A stretch of DNA of 64,000 bases, taken from assembly GCF_018350175.1 (NCBI RefSeq), contig NC_058368.1, positions 188,234,001 through 188,298,000 of the forward strand, read 5' to 3'. Position 1 is the stretch's first letter. Each line of letters begins with the position of its first letter. Under the pieces are notes generated by a model that was given only the letters and a program-made list of their open reading frames with translations, was not told where the DNA came from and made no database searches. Positions 47,881 through 59,964 of this stretch are shown here, one piece after another. A program made the translations under genes and the position numbers. This DNA is from Felis catus. Taxonomy: Eukaryota.

Positions 47881-48229
47881 TGTCGAGGGAAGTGGGGATG
47901 GAAGTTGTTTTTATTTAAAAGCAACACCTATCACTTTTTTCTCCAAACCTGTCTCAAGCACTTTTTCATCCCCGTCAGTCCTGACTTTCCAAATTAAATT
48001 AAAAATTCCTAAGGGTAGGCATCAGATTTATTTATTTCCAAGGGGGACTCCCTAGACACTCACTTGGTTTGATGTAGCTTCTGCTGCAAAAGCCTTACTT
48101 GCCCTCTGTTTAGCTCACCTGCTACTATGTCAGAATATCAGGATCCCCAATGTTAGAGATCTTTGTTGGGTCAAGATAAAAATATCTCTAGGAGGCCCCT
48201 GTGGAAATAGGAATACATCTTTGGAGTGG

Positions 48230-48322
48230 ATAAAATGTTGTCATGTAGGTATCATTAATAATAGCCCTCCTTTACTCTTAAAAGTGTCCCAGTTTGGACA
48301 CGAAATTCTATAGCCATCCTAC
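48230..48322. mobile_element. hAT MITE end (MER96B-like)
   Basis: ctcttaaaagtgtcccagtttggacacgaaattctatagccatcct resembles recalled terminus. Confidence 0.45.
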
Positions 48323-48481
48323 CCAGCAGGAAACCTCACTGACACAGCAGCATGGAGGAGAGGTAAGCTGTGGTGGGGGCCGAGGGACAGGTGGCTGGCA
48401 GATGAGACAGACAGGTGCATAAAGTTGATAGGAGGTGCCAGATGTGCAAGAAGGAGGAGGAATGGTGAACAGTGGGCGATG

Positions 48482-48696
48482 GGGGCGCCTGGGTGGCGCA
48501 GTCGGTTAAGCGTCCGACTTCAGCCAGGTCACGATCTCGCGGTCCGGGAGTTCGAGCCCCGCGTCGGGCTCTGGGCTGATGGCTCGGAGCCTGGAGCCTG
48601 TTTCCGATTCTGTGTCTCCCTCTCTCTCTGCCCCTTCCCCGTTCATGCTCTGTCTCTCTCTGTCCCAAAAATAAATAAACGTTGAAAAAAAAAAAA
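48482..48696 (+). mobile_element. Young Can-SINE (SINEC_Fc)
   Basis: CpGs retained; perfect 14-bp TSD aacagtgggcgatg at 48468-48481 and 48697-48710. Confidence 0.98.
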
Positions 48697-50389
48697 AACA
48701 GTGGGCGATGAAAGAGGTCCCAGAAAGGGAAAGGAGAGGTCAAGACACGTTTGTTGCCTTGACAATTTTGTCAGGTGCTACTTCAGCCTCCAACACTCAA
48801 AACATAATCTACCTTTCCTTGAGGTGAAGGTGATGAGCACCAGTCTTGTCTACAGGAGAATTAATGCATATTCACAACTTATATTGAACCCACAACCCTG
48901 TTTATTCTAGAAGAGGAGTTAGGAACTTCTCTTTCAACACTTTAATCCTTTGGCCTAATCATTTTCCAGCAGTGGCTGAAGCTGCGTACAGACTAATCAC
49001 AGAGAGAGGGGTGGCGGGGGTGGGGGTCGATGGGGAGATCCTGTGTGAGCCAAGCAAACAGTCAGTTTGAGCGCGGAATGCTGGCTAGACAGCACCGGTT
49101 TCTTGATCCCTTTGGGTTATGTTTGGGCAATTCCCACGAATGCTTATCTAAGGTTCCCTGGCCTGGCTGACAGTTCACTGTTTGCACCTCTTAACAGGGC
49201 TGGTCTATGGAGAAAACCCCTTTTCAGATTTCTCTCTCCCCTGAGCCTGGAAAAGAATCTCCTTTTCACTGTGACCTCCTGCCATGGCTGTTGGCCGGAG
49301 ATGGAAAACCCAGGGCTCATCAGGCAGTAAATGTTTCCGGGTGTTTCCATTGAAGGTCTGCCATGGGTGGAGAGGCTGGACTCGACTTTCTGCAACTTCT
49401 CCACCACAGCTGAAAGCAGGGAGCTCCAGCGGTGAGCTGCCTTACACCCATGCTCACCATCTACCACGAAAAGGGGAGAAGAAACATTGTGGTCTTCATG
49501 GACCACGGAAACCTGTACTCCAAAGATGGTCACTTGGCAGCTTTTTGAATCCCCTTTTTCTACCCCAGTTGGGCTCTCTCTCAGAATTGTTTTCCAAGTG
49601 GCAGCTTGTGTTTATTCTACTGGGCTTTTGGAAAACTTAAGGAAAGAAAAAAATCAACAAAGTGTAGTTATGTGCACGGAAAACCATATGTTCGTAAAAC
49701 TGCATATGCTCTGTGTTTAAGATGTACAGGAAGATACGCAAAAATAAACACCTGCCAACTTCCGAATCTACCTAGATTAGAAACTTCAGAAAGCCTATGT
49801 TCATACGCAAAAAATACAGCCTGACTTAAATGTCACAGGTTGTTAAACCTGAAAACTGACAGAGCTCATTCAAAGTTTTCACATTCAGATTCCTATGGGG
49901 AACAGACAGGTCGTCTAAGTGAGGGAAATGGGCCGGGTGGGGCCCGTGGGGAAATGGAACAAGATGGGGACTGCCCAAACTAGTTCCTTCAGACAATTGT
50001 TGCCCATCGAAAGCACAAGGACAGCTAGACATCAAGAATATGTGAATTCTCTTGATCTTTTCAGTGTTGTTGGGTCATTCCAATTAATTTAAAACCATTG
50101 TATAGGCCAAACAACACTGCAAATAGGATTTGATCCGTGGACATCCAGGTTGAGAACCCTTCTAGAAAGATTCCATAATTTATTAATAGATGAGTGGTTT
50201 GACGTAAAGAAAGACTTCCACAAAGTCACACTGATTATGAATAACAGATCGTCACCTGGGCGCAGCATTTATAACCGTTGTCCTGGTGGTCTTTCTGCTA
50301 ATTCTGATGTTGTGTGACCTGCTTCAGTGTGGGATGATGCTTCATGTACATGTTTCCAGAGGATCAGCTGAGTTGTGCATTTTTCCTGC

Positions 50390-50790
50390 TTATTTTTCAT
50401 TTGCCCCTCAAGATCCATTCTGCACCCACTTTATCTTGCTCTTTGTCTCAAGAGGCTGACCTGTATTGCCTAGGTCAACGGGCTCCCTGGTCTTTTGGCT
50501 TCCAGCGGAGTTTAGCCAATGAGAGGCCCCAATATGAGCTCAAAGAGATGGTGGAAGGACACTGACGTGTTTCCCTCTGCGAAAGGCTCCTATCAGGCAG
50601 CATGCTCCTTGGAGCTTTCTCTGGGTTTTGGTAACCACACCCTCTCCTTGCCCCTTCAGGCTTAGGGATGGTAATAGCCCCCAATTATTCTTGGGTTCAG
50701 AGTGCTGCATTCTTCCCCAATGGGTTGCCTAAACCCTGTCCATAAATTTCTGAATAGTTCCTTTATTAATGTTTTTTCAATTACCAGTTG
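50390..50790 (+). mobile_element. Old ERVL LTR (LTR33-like)
   Basis: agatccattctgcaccc...gaggctgacctgtat...ttagccaatgagaggc...ccttcaggcttagggatggtaatagc. Confidence 0.7.
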
Positions 50791-50793
50791 ATA

Positions 50794-50901
50794 TTGGGTA
50801 AGCAACTATCCTGGCTTGCCTGAGACTCTGTTTTAGCACTAGAAAGCTTGCGTCCTGGGAAATCCCTCAGTCCTAGGCAAACCATGACGTTGGTCAATCT
50901 A
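50794..50901. mobile_element. hAT-Blackjack MITE MER81-like
   Basis: Degenerate terminal inverted repeats; ttttagcactagaaag...gtcctgggaaatccctcagtcc. Confidence 0.75.
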
Positions 50902-51031
50902 TGTATGAGCTATATTTGTATGCTTCTTCAAACTCAGCTGCTTCCTTTGCCATTCTATTCCTTCTCTCATATCTTTAATAGCTTCAGATATACTTATTTT
51001 ATAGTCTCTTAAACATACTTGTATTACTTCT

Positions 51032-51162
51032 TTTTCTTTCTTTCTTTTTTTTTTTTTTTTTGGTGGAGCCCAACACAGGGCTTGAACTCACGACCCTGAG
51101 ATCAAAACCTGAGCTGAGATCAAGAGTCAAGTGCTTAACCGACTGAGCCACCCAGGCGCCCC
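51032..51162 (-). mobile_element. Short Can-SINE: tRNA-related head only + poly(A)
   Basis: 102-nt body 51061-51162 without CT tract; TSD atacttgtattacttct (51015-51031) / atacttctattatttct (51164-51180). Confidence 0.93.
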
Positions 51163-52353
51163 GATACTTCTATTATTTCTGAATCTTAGGGTGTTCATTA
51201 ATCTTTGCTGCATCCAATGACTCTCACTCATGGTGGCTAACTTCCTTGTAGGAGTGTGCCTGTGTGCCTGTTTGTGTCCCAAGTTTTACAATTGCTTCTA
51301 TTTTATTCTAAGGGTTCGGTTGACCTGAACAGCTTGTGCTCACTTGGCAGGAGTACACATGTAGATACCCTTCCCATATGTGGCACAGACTTGGGATTCT
51401 CATGTCTTGGACATAACTTAATTTTCTTCTTTAAACCCGGGCTTTAGACAGGTGGCAAGATTTCTTGCTTCTTTCCTAGACTCAAATGTGGAGTTTTCAT
51501 AGTTGCCATTTTATAGACATTGTAACTTGTCAAGGCTCACAGCTTTATGCTGAAGCTCAGTTTTGGTTTCCCTGCCGGGCAAGGGCTTGAGGCCACATCT
51601 CCTGTAAATCTAGCAACCATCAGGCCCCCAACCGCCAGCTCTTACGGCCTCTATCTGGGTCAGAAACTTTGCTGAAATGCCAGCCCTCCATCACAAGTCC
51701 TGGCTTTGATTTCTTTCTTCATTCCTTGCACCAGAGGAATTTTTTTCTGCCTTTCATGTCAAAATTTTATAAAATTCTTTTTTTTCATTCAGCCTTTCAA
51801 TGAATCTGTTCTGCCATGCCGTCAGAACCAAAGATTACTTTGAAACCCTGAAGTTCATACCCAGCATAAACTGGAAGGGGGCTTATGTGATTCTGCTTCT
51901 GCCCTTGCATAGTCAGTGAGAGAATCTGGCTCACAAACTGAGGCCAAAATGCAGCCAGTCTCAGAGGCCAGACTTGGATACCTAACCAAGTGTGAGTCAC
52001 TTCTGATGCTAATCTAGTCTCATTGAAGGTGATTGGCACCAGGAGGCAAGGTGGAAATGAAATATTCATTGCCTATTCAATATTACCTAATTTGTATGTC
52101 CAAGTGTTGACAAAAGAGAGGCCTTTGCTGTCTACTTTATGAGTAATTGTAAATTAATATGCAACCCTGCACCCATTCTAGTGAGAAGAGAATAACTTCC
52201 ATTTGCCAACTGTTCGACCACATGGCCTGGTTTCAACTGCAGATGTCACCCATCCTGCTGGAAATTTAGAGGGATGGAGAGACTTCCTAAGAGGAGCAAC
52301 TCGGAATAACATTACAGAATGTGGAATCTAAGAATCTTAAATAGCCGAGGTAA

Positions 52354-52392
52354 AACAAACAAACAAACAAACAAACAAACAAACAAACAAAC
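52354..52392. repeat. (AAAC)n microsatellite
   Basis: Directly visible. Confidence 0.97.
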
Positions 52393-53079
52393 ATTCAAGA
52401 TCATCTTATTTAACAGGTGAGGAAGATGAGGCCCAACTTGGATTTCAGGTTTAGACATCTCTTCCAGCACTTTTACGGCACAGCCACACGGTCATTTTGC
52501 TCCTGAAGTGATTTTCTCACTATATAGCTTGCTAGACTTTGTTTTTCCACTGAAAAGTTGTATTGAACAGATCTTTGAATGTTCAATGCCTACACAGAAC
52601 TTGCAGGCAGGACTAGCGTGTCACATCCATCAGAATGACGTCCAGCCCAAAGACAGCAACCTGTTCTTCATTTGCATAATTAATACATCAGGCCCTAAGC
52701 TTTCCCAGGGCTTGATCAGGGAGGAGATGCCCAGAGCTTTGACACTTTGCAAATGTCAGTTTGAAGTTCCAGACATTTCTGCTAACCTGTAGGTTGTCAG
52801 CACAGGAGCCAGCCACCCCCCCACCCCCACCCCCGAACGCCAGCACAAAGCAGTTCCTCCATCACCTCCCCGCCAGAGCCCTCTTTAGGGGGTTTCAGCT
52901 CAAGTCAAGAGCTAGGAGTTCTGAATCTAATTTCTTCATTCAATATCAGAGGCAAGAGCCAGTGGGAGAGGGTACCAGAGGAATAAGGTGATGTGGGTGA
53001 AGCAGAAGGGAAAAGCAGGACTGTAATTGGAAAAGGGGAAACCGATCCTGATAAAACTGGTAAGCGTCGTTTGTGGCCT

Positions 53080-53265
53080 TTGCGTTCATTATCTTATTTA
53101 ATCATTACCAAACGCTGCGAGTGAAGTACTCCTCTTAATCCCATTCTGCAGATGAGAAAACTGAGGCACCAGGTAGTGGAGCAGGAGAACACACAGCTGG
53201 TTAAGTGGCAGAACCAGAATTTGATTCAGGCACTTTGACTTAGGAACCTCCAGTCTTAACCACTA
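53080..53265 (-). mobile_element. MIR SINE
   Basis: cccattctgcagatgagaaaactgaggcac...aagtggcagaaccagaatttga. Confidence 0.75.
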
Positions 53266-53419
53266 TGGGTGTTATGTCCTGTACTCTGGGGAGCAACATC
53301 ATTCAAACTAATGTGTATCTGTCCTTGTGACACTTCCTAGGCATGCTCCCTTCTCTTAGTTTTAGATTTTAGTAATAACAATACCTAGATACTTCTGATA
53401 GAAAAACACTGAGTTGAAC

Positions 53420-53600
53420 AAATGCTTTATATGCACCCCTTACCTCATTTGTCCTCACTGCTCTATGAGATATTATTATTCCCATTTTACTGATAGGAAA
53501 ACAAAGGCTGAAAGGAGGCTAGGTCACTAGCCCAACGGCAGACAGGTAGTAAGTGGTAGAGGCCACATTCAAATCCAGGCCTTCTAATGTCAAAGTCTGA
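53420..53600 (-). mobile_element. MIR SINE
   Basis: attattattcccattttactgatagg...gtaagtggtagaggccacattcaaatccagg. Confidence 0.7.
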
Positions 53601-53617
53601 TCTCTCGTTGCTATGGC

Positions 53618-53760
53618 AGTGGATTTCAAACTTCAGTGTGTACCCTGAGAGTCTTTTAAGAAAGCAGATCCCAGGCCTCTCCTCCCAGATTCTGAATCAG
53701 TGGATCTGGGGAAATCCCAGGAATGTGCCTTCTTCAGCTTCTCAGAGTTGAGGACTCTGC
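53618..53760. mobile_element. hAT-Charlie MITE (MER5-like)
   Basis: cagtggatttcaaacttcagtgtg...cagattctgaatcagtggatctgggg. Confidence 0.65.
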
Positions 53761-53979
53761 TTTTCCAGCCCACACTGTGCCATAATGCCTCTATGACTGT
53801 AATAGATCAGGCATAAACTGGTCAGTTGGATTTTAGCTCTGACAACGTAGTATTGCCAAAGCCTGCTCTCTGCTGCTGGCTGGATTATCCAAACCTTATT
53901 GCTCACTGTATTTGCTCAACACATTACGGATGTTCTTTTCTTCCCCCTTCCTGCACATAGCCCTGAGTACCAAGGTATC

Positions 53980-54540
53980 TGTGTTAGCTGGGACATTTTT
54001 CATTGAAAATGACAAAAATACAATTAATACAAACTTTAGTGAAAGGGGAGAATTCAGTGGCCCACTGAACCGAAGACTCCAGGGGTGATCTTACCTTCAG
54101 GTATGGCTTGATCCAGGTGGCCAACTGGTGTCACCAGGAATTCATCTTTGTCCACTTTTCAGTATTGTTTTCCTCTGTATTTGCTTCATTCTCAGGTCCA
54201 GGCTCTCTTCAAGAACTGATGGCCATCTGAAACTTGAGGCTTACATTCATGTAATTTAGTGACTCCTGTGGAAAGAGGGAAACTCATTCTCAATTGTCTT
54301 GGCAAAAATCCCCAGGATGAGTCTCATTAAGCTGTGTTGATTTAAATTCTCATTCTTGAATCAAATACTGTGGCCTCTGGCTGTAAAATACTCCAATTGG
54401 CTAAACATTGTCTGCCCCTGGGAGGTGGGGTTGGGGGTTGGGCAGCTGGACCATAACCGCATGACCTGAGATGAGGGAGAGGTGGTTCTCTAAAAAAAGA
54501 ATGATGAAGGGCATAAAAGGAATAGATAAGAGGCAGGTGA
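53980..54540 (-). mobile_element. Old MaLR LTR (MLT1K-like)
   Basis: tgtgttagctgggac...cttcaggtatggcttgatccagg...tttgcttcattctcagg. Confidence 0.7.
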
Positions 54541-55100
54541 AATTTACCCAGGCCCAGCATTAGAGCAAGATGTCTGATTCCTGGGGCAGAAATAACCAGG
54601 CCACAATTGATTCTTCTCTGGGAAATTGACTCTTCAGGCTTTTCCCGTACTCATAAGCAAGTTAGCCTGGTTTGGGGACCCTAACGTTTTGAGTACTAAC
54701 AAAACAAAACAAAATAAACTTGGCCCTTTACAAATGGAATAGAACACACAATAGAATTTCAGAGTTGAGAAGGATCTTATTGATCTTCCAGTCCAGCCAT
54801 TTAATTTTGACATTTTAAAAAATCAACAGAATTAACCATTTTGAGTTAGAAAAATCAATAAACCATTCACTGAGCACACAAGTAAGGAGCAGGTTTGTTG
54901 ATGTCTGTGGAAACAGCACTAGAAGGTTTGGAGTCTTGAGTTCTAGTTCCAGATGAAGGAGGCAGGTCCCTTAAGCAATGTGGGTCCCACCTTCTTCCAC
55001 CTGGTGATTGGTGACACTTTTCTCAGTGACAATCATATTGGAGTCAGGACCACAACCCACATCCCCTGGCCTAGAACTCTTTCTTTCGTCTTTGCAGTCC

Positions 55101-55310
55101 TTTTTTTTTTTTTTTTAATGTTTATTTGTTTTTGAGGGTAAGGCACACACATGCATGAGTGTGCAGGGCAGGGGAGGAGCAGAGAGAGAGAGGGAGACAG
55201 CAGATCTGAAGCAAGCTCTGCCCTCATAGCCAAGCACCAGATGCGGGGCTCAAATTCACTGAACTGAACCAAAGTCTGATGCTTAGTTGACTGAGCCAGC
55301 CAGGCGCCCC
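55101..55310 (-). mobile_element. Can-SINE
   Basis: Reverse head gagccagccaggcgcccc; TSD tctttgcagtcct / tctttgcagccct. Confidence 0.93.
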
Positions 55311-57096
55311 TATCTTTGCAGCCCTGGTGGGAGCTCATGTCCCCTCCCTTTCTTGGTCCTACTTTCTTTGCTCTTTCCTCCTTTTATACTTCCTGCCAAT
55401 CAAGGGTTTGCATCGCTCATGCAGCCTGCATTTATGGACTTCACGAAGCATGTAAGGAAAGGAGTGACAAGGGAGACGCAGTTGGGCCCTCGAACGTACA
55501 ACTGGGATGTCCTCAAGTTTCTTGGGAAACGCTTCTTTCCTGCCAGTTCGTCCCCATCTGCCACACAACCCCCTCAGTCTCAACAGTTCAGAGTCCTCCC
55601 CAGTCGTTCTCATTCCTCAAAACACCTTCCTCCTCAGGGAGGTTGTACAGAGACCAGCTCACTCCCTTTCTTGCTTTCCTGCCCCACGGGCACAGAGTAA
55701 CCTTTCTCCAAGCTCATTCAGCACCACCTGACACCATCCGTTAAAATTTAACGGCAAGTGCTTAGCAAAAAGATGACGAGCTTTACTGGCAATTCAAACC
55801 AGGTTATTGGGCACCATCTGCCTTCCTTCAAATTAATGGGAAGAAGGAATGGATCCTTTGGGCCTTGTTTATTTTTAGATCATTGCAAAGGAACCCAGAG
55901 GGCTGACTCTTGATCATGTTAGTCCCCAGTTTAAATGAGGCCAAAATATCAAGGGGGAGAAGAAGTGACCATAAATAGGTATCTCTTCACATAGAGTAGT
56001 TGTGGGAAAAGCAGAATAAAGTGTTCCGGTGTCCCTGTCTTCCCTCTATCATCCCCACCCATCCCCGGACTCACTCGGAAAAAAGCAACTAGATGTATAG
56101 CCCCAAGGAGGTAGCTGATTGAGACTTTGCTGGAGTAACAGGAGTACAGCAAGCACATCCCATCTCTCCAGCAGCCTACATCAAATTCAGGCCAAGTCAG
56201 TGGTTATAATTCACCTTCAATGTCAGCTCCTAAGACAATCAGAACTCCAGAGACGAATCTCTCTGGAAAATGCTAGATAGGTCAAGTTTGGACTTGACTG
56301 AGCTTAGAAGGATGACTCCATAGGAGCTGTGGAGGAGACTGGGCTCCCATGGTTTTCAAACAGGAGTGTGCACAGGATTCCTCTGGGACACTGTCAAAAG
56401 GCAGATCCAGACCACATTTGCAGAGATGTGACACAATGTATCCAAGTGAGAGGAGGGAGTGTGCTTTTAACAAAACCCTGGACAGTTCTGAGGCAGGAAA
56501 TTATTCTGGGGGCCCCCTTGAGAAATTCTCTCCATCTCATGCCCTCCTGCCCCCAGGCTGCCTTTCTAAAACTCTCCCCCTAGCAGGCATTGGCTCTAGA
56601 AGGCTCCCATTAAAAATCAAACAGATCCCCCCAGTGATGAACCAGTAACTCGTTAACAAATGCTAACCCTTCTACACAGATTGATGAGCAGACAGAAGCA
56701 CTGCACTTAGAGGGACCAGTACAGGATTGATCAGGAATGAGCTAAGAAGTCCTGAACATGGGCCTCCCAGGAGCATGAACAGAGGGAAAGGAAAGATGGG
56801 GAAGGCTGGGGTGGGGGAAGGGGGATGAAGACACTGGGTCTTATAGGGTTTGGCGACAAAGGTGGAGCCTTGCCAGGATAAGAAGAGAAGAGGGAAGTGA
56901 TGGGGAGTTGGAAAAGTCATGGGAAAGGATAAGAAATTTCAATAAAATTTTGGCTACCTTCCAGTTTCTTCTAGCGCACATTCTCCAGGATTGGAAAGAA
57001 CAGCAGCGCATATGATTTTCCCATCCTTGATAAGTACCAGGTATTTGGGAGGGGGGAATATCTGTGTTAGCAACATTCACATTAATACATTACTAA

Positions 57097-57282
57097 GGGG
57101 CATCTGGGTGGGTCAGTTAGTTGAGCGTCGGACTTCAGATCAGGTAGCAATCTCTCAGTTTGTGAGTTCGAGCCCCACATCAGGCTCTCTGCTATCAGCA
57201 CAGAGCCTACTTTGGATTCTCTAGTCTCCTGTCTCCCTCCCCCCACCTCTCAAAAATAAATAAGCATTAAAAAATTTTTAAA
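57097..57282 (+). mobile_element. Can-SINE
   Basis: ggggcatctgggtgggtcagttagttgagcgtcggactt head; aataaataag tail. Confidence 0.92.
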
Positions 57283-57642
57283 AATACATCAATAAAATTA
57301 TCCTATTGGCCTAACATGTCTGTACATTATAAAGTATAAAAACAACTTTTGGCAATTCATTGGCAAATTATTTCATTTATTTATATGGCAATTATTACCT
57401 TCGGGAGCGTTTTGTGAGATCTACTTAATGCATTATATTTTACAAGCTCCCATTGGTGTCCTGTCAGAACCTCATCATTATAAAATTGTTTCATTGTTAA
57501 ATAAGCTTGGGAAATGCTAAAGTCCAAATTGTCTTGTTTGCATACACCCAGTGATGGGGAACTCTTTTCCACCAGCAGTGAGACAGCTCAGTGTGCTGCT
57601 GAAAAACTCTACCAGGAAGAGCATTCTTCCTTATGTCCAATT

Positions 57643-57830
57643 AATGGTTCTGAAATTCTAGTGCACACCAGAATTAGTGGCGGGTTGGGGAAACACAGCT
57701 TGTGGGCCCCACCCCCAGAATTTCTGCCTCAGTACGTGTGTGGTGGGACCTGAGGACTTGCACCTAGGACATGTTCTCAGCTGCTGCTGCTGTGGCTGCT
57801 GGTCCAGGACCACATTTGAGAACCACTGGC
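57643..57830. mobile_element. hAT-Charlie MITE (MER5A-like)
   Basis: tgggccccacccccagaatttctg...gctggtccaggaccacatttgagaaccactg. Confidence 0.75.
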
Positions 57831-58351
57831 CTAACTAACCCTGGGCACCTCCCTGTAATTTTCACTCCCTCTTCCCTAACTCTGATTCCCAGAATGACTG
57901 AGCAAGTCTAATTCCTTGTCTAAAACAAAGAACTTCAAACATGGGGCTTCAAACATGCAGCTTCCCAATGCAATGTAAGCACAAGCGTAAGGCTGGGTAT
58001 GCAGCGTTCTTTCTTTATTCACAGTGGCTCAAACAGTGCTGGCAACTTAATGTGCATGCAAGAAAGATCTGTTGATTGACTGGCTGGCACACAGTAATCA
58101 CTATATAATTGTAGCTCATTATTCTTATTACTTCTGAGGAATAATAATCTCACAAGGCAGATCTTCTTTCTAGAGGGCTCCAAGATAAGCTGTAAACACA
58201 CTCTGACCCTGTCTGCTGCGTGTCCAGACCTCAGTAGGGCCTAGAACCATGCAAGGAGTGTCCTTTTGCCTCAGGGTAAGGAATTTCTAGAATTTTCCAT
58301 ACATGGGCCTGGCTCATATTATTCTACATTTCTTTAAAGAATGGGCTCACA

Positions 58352-58577
58352 GGGGCGCCTGGGTGGCGCAGTCGGTTAAGCGTCCGACTTCAGCCAGGTC
58401 ACGATCTCGCGGTCTGTGAGTTTGAGCCCCGCGTCGGGCTCTGGGCTGATGGCTCAGAGCCTGGAGCCTGTTTCTGATTCTGTGTCTCCCTCTCTCTCTG
58501 CCCTTCCCCCGTTCATGCTTTGTCTCTCTCTGTCCCAAAAATAAATAAACGTTGAAAAAAAAAATTAAAAAAAAAAA
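58352..58577 (+). mobile_element. Young Can-SINE (SINEC_Fc)
   Basis: Near-identical to the copy at 48482; perfect 16-bp TSD aaagaatgggctcaca at 58336-58351 and 58578-58593; TTT/AAAG endonuclease-type site. Confidence 0.98.
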
Positions 58578-59964
58578 AAAGAATGGGCTCACAAAAGGAA
58601 TGATGTGATGAATATTTTCAGCAAAGAATTCTCTTACTGAATGGAAGAAAAGTGTGGAAGTCAGCAATCGGATGGGAGATGAAAGTGTGAAACCAGTATC
58701 CCTCAGGGGATGTCCTCCAGACATCCTCAGAGTAATTTACCTCAACCCTCCACAGCTGGAAAAGAGCAAAAGAGAGGTTGTGCAAAGAGTCTGGGGTGTG
58801 TACACAGCAGCTTCTTATTCCTGTCCTTCCCGAGGGAATGAACCTCTATCCAGTGTCATTTGTCATTATCAGTGTTCCCACCCTAGTGTTCGCATCCCAT
58901 TGTGTCCCTCGGTGATGAAGTTGGTTTGCATCTTGTAGCTGGCCTTGGTGGTTCCCCAACCTGGTGCTTCAGTTTAAGGAAGAAGAAATAACAAGGCTTT
59001 CAAATGAATAACTATAAAAGCAATTCATTTTTGTCCTAAAGCATAAGTAGGGTCTGGGAGAGTTGAATGGAAAACTTCCTTTTCAGAGCTCTTCCCAGGC
59101 TCAGGAACAAGTTATTCCAAAGCCATCACAGGCAAAGAGAAAAAACAGAAGAAACTATTGCTATAATTATTGCTAATTACAATCTCATGATTCCATTTAA
59201 TCTCCACAGAAGAAGTTCACCAACTGGAGAATGCCATTGATCCTCTGTGCCCAAGCCAATTAGATATTTTGGTCCAATCCAGAATGGTTACCCAGCCTTT
59301 GCCAGAATGAAATTGTGTTTAGAATTTTATTTTTATAGTCTCTGAGGCATCCCAGATTTTAACAGGACATTGGATACCATCCATTTGTGGCACATCTGCT
59401 CCAACAAGATCTGCATATTTCAAAAATCATTAAGAAGTTAATACCAAAACCTGTTTTAACTCTCTCTCTCATAACAAGTGGTTTTTTTTTTTAATGTTCA
59501 AGCGTTTAGATTTCCCTTCGAAAAAATGAAAATGATTCCTTTACCTTGGGATTTTGATCCAGATAGTGGAGGAGGAAAGAGATTATAAGTGACATCTTAA
59601 TTTGGGGCACCTCATTAGTCAGGGGGACTTGGTTTTTGATGATGCTCTTCTAATTGACTATCTGCAGACGGCCATTCTCTGGAGTGTTGGAGAACTCTAA
59701 GAATCCAACTTCCAGTCCTCCCGAGTTTTGCAGACTCCTGCCTTTCACTGCCTAAGGGTCCCTGGAGCTCCAGAAATCACAGAAGGGGGTGGGGCCTCAG
59801 TCATTTACCTGCCCTGAAGCAAGTTGTTTATACCCTCTGACCCTCTGCTTTCTTGAGGTGTAAGATGAATAGAATGCTCCCTGCCTGAAAGTTTGCTGTG
59901 AGAATGGAAAACAGCATCTGTTGTCCTAGGGCTGGGGACAGGGTCAGTGCCCAAAACAAAACTG

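Noticed and set aside
48336..48743. Long ORFs overlapping Can-SINEs (also 10764-11143, 33744-34030, 58347-58724, 63492-63872)
   Set aside because: The peptides (GAWVAQSVKRPT, FFNVYLFLGQRETE) are plain SINE translations, not genes
49355..49385. LPWVERLD in an alternative frame resembles a motif in EBP2 (EBNA1BP2)
   Set aside because: No similarity on either side of the motif
49411..49413. In-frame TGA as a possible selenocysteine codon
   Set aside because: No redox motif context and no SECIS-like element recognised downstream
56798..56824. Isolated G-quadruplex motifs (also 3014-3034 and 54420-54442)
   Set aside because: Common in mammalian DNA and without supporting context
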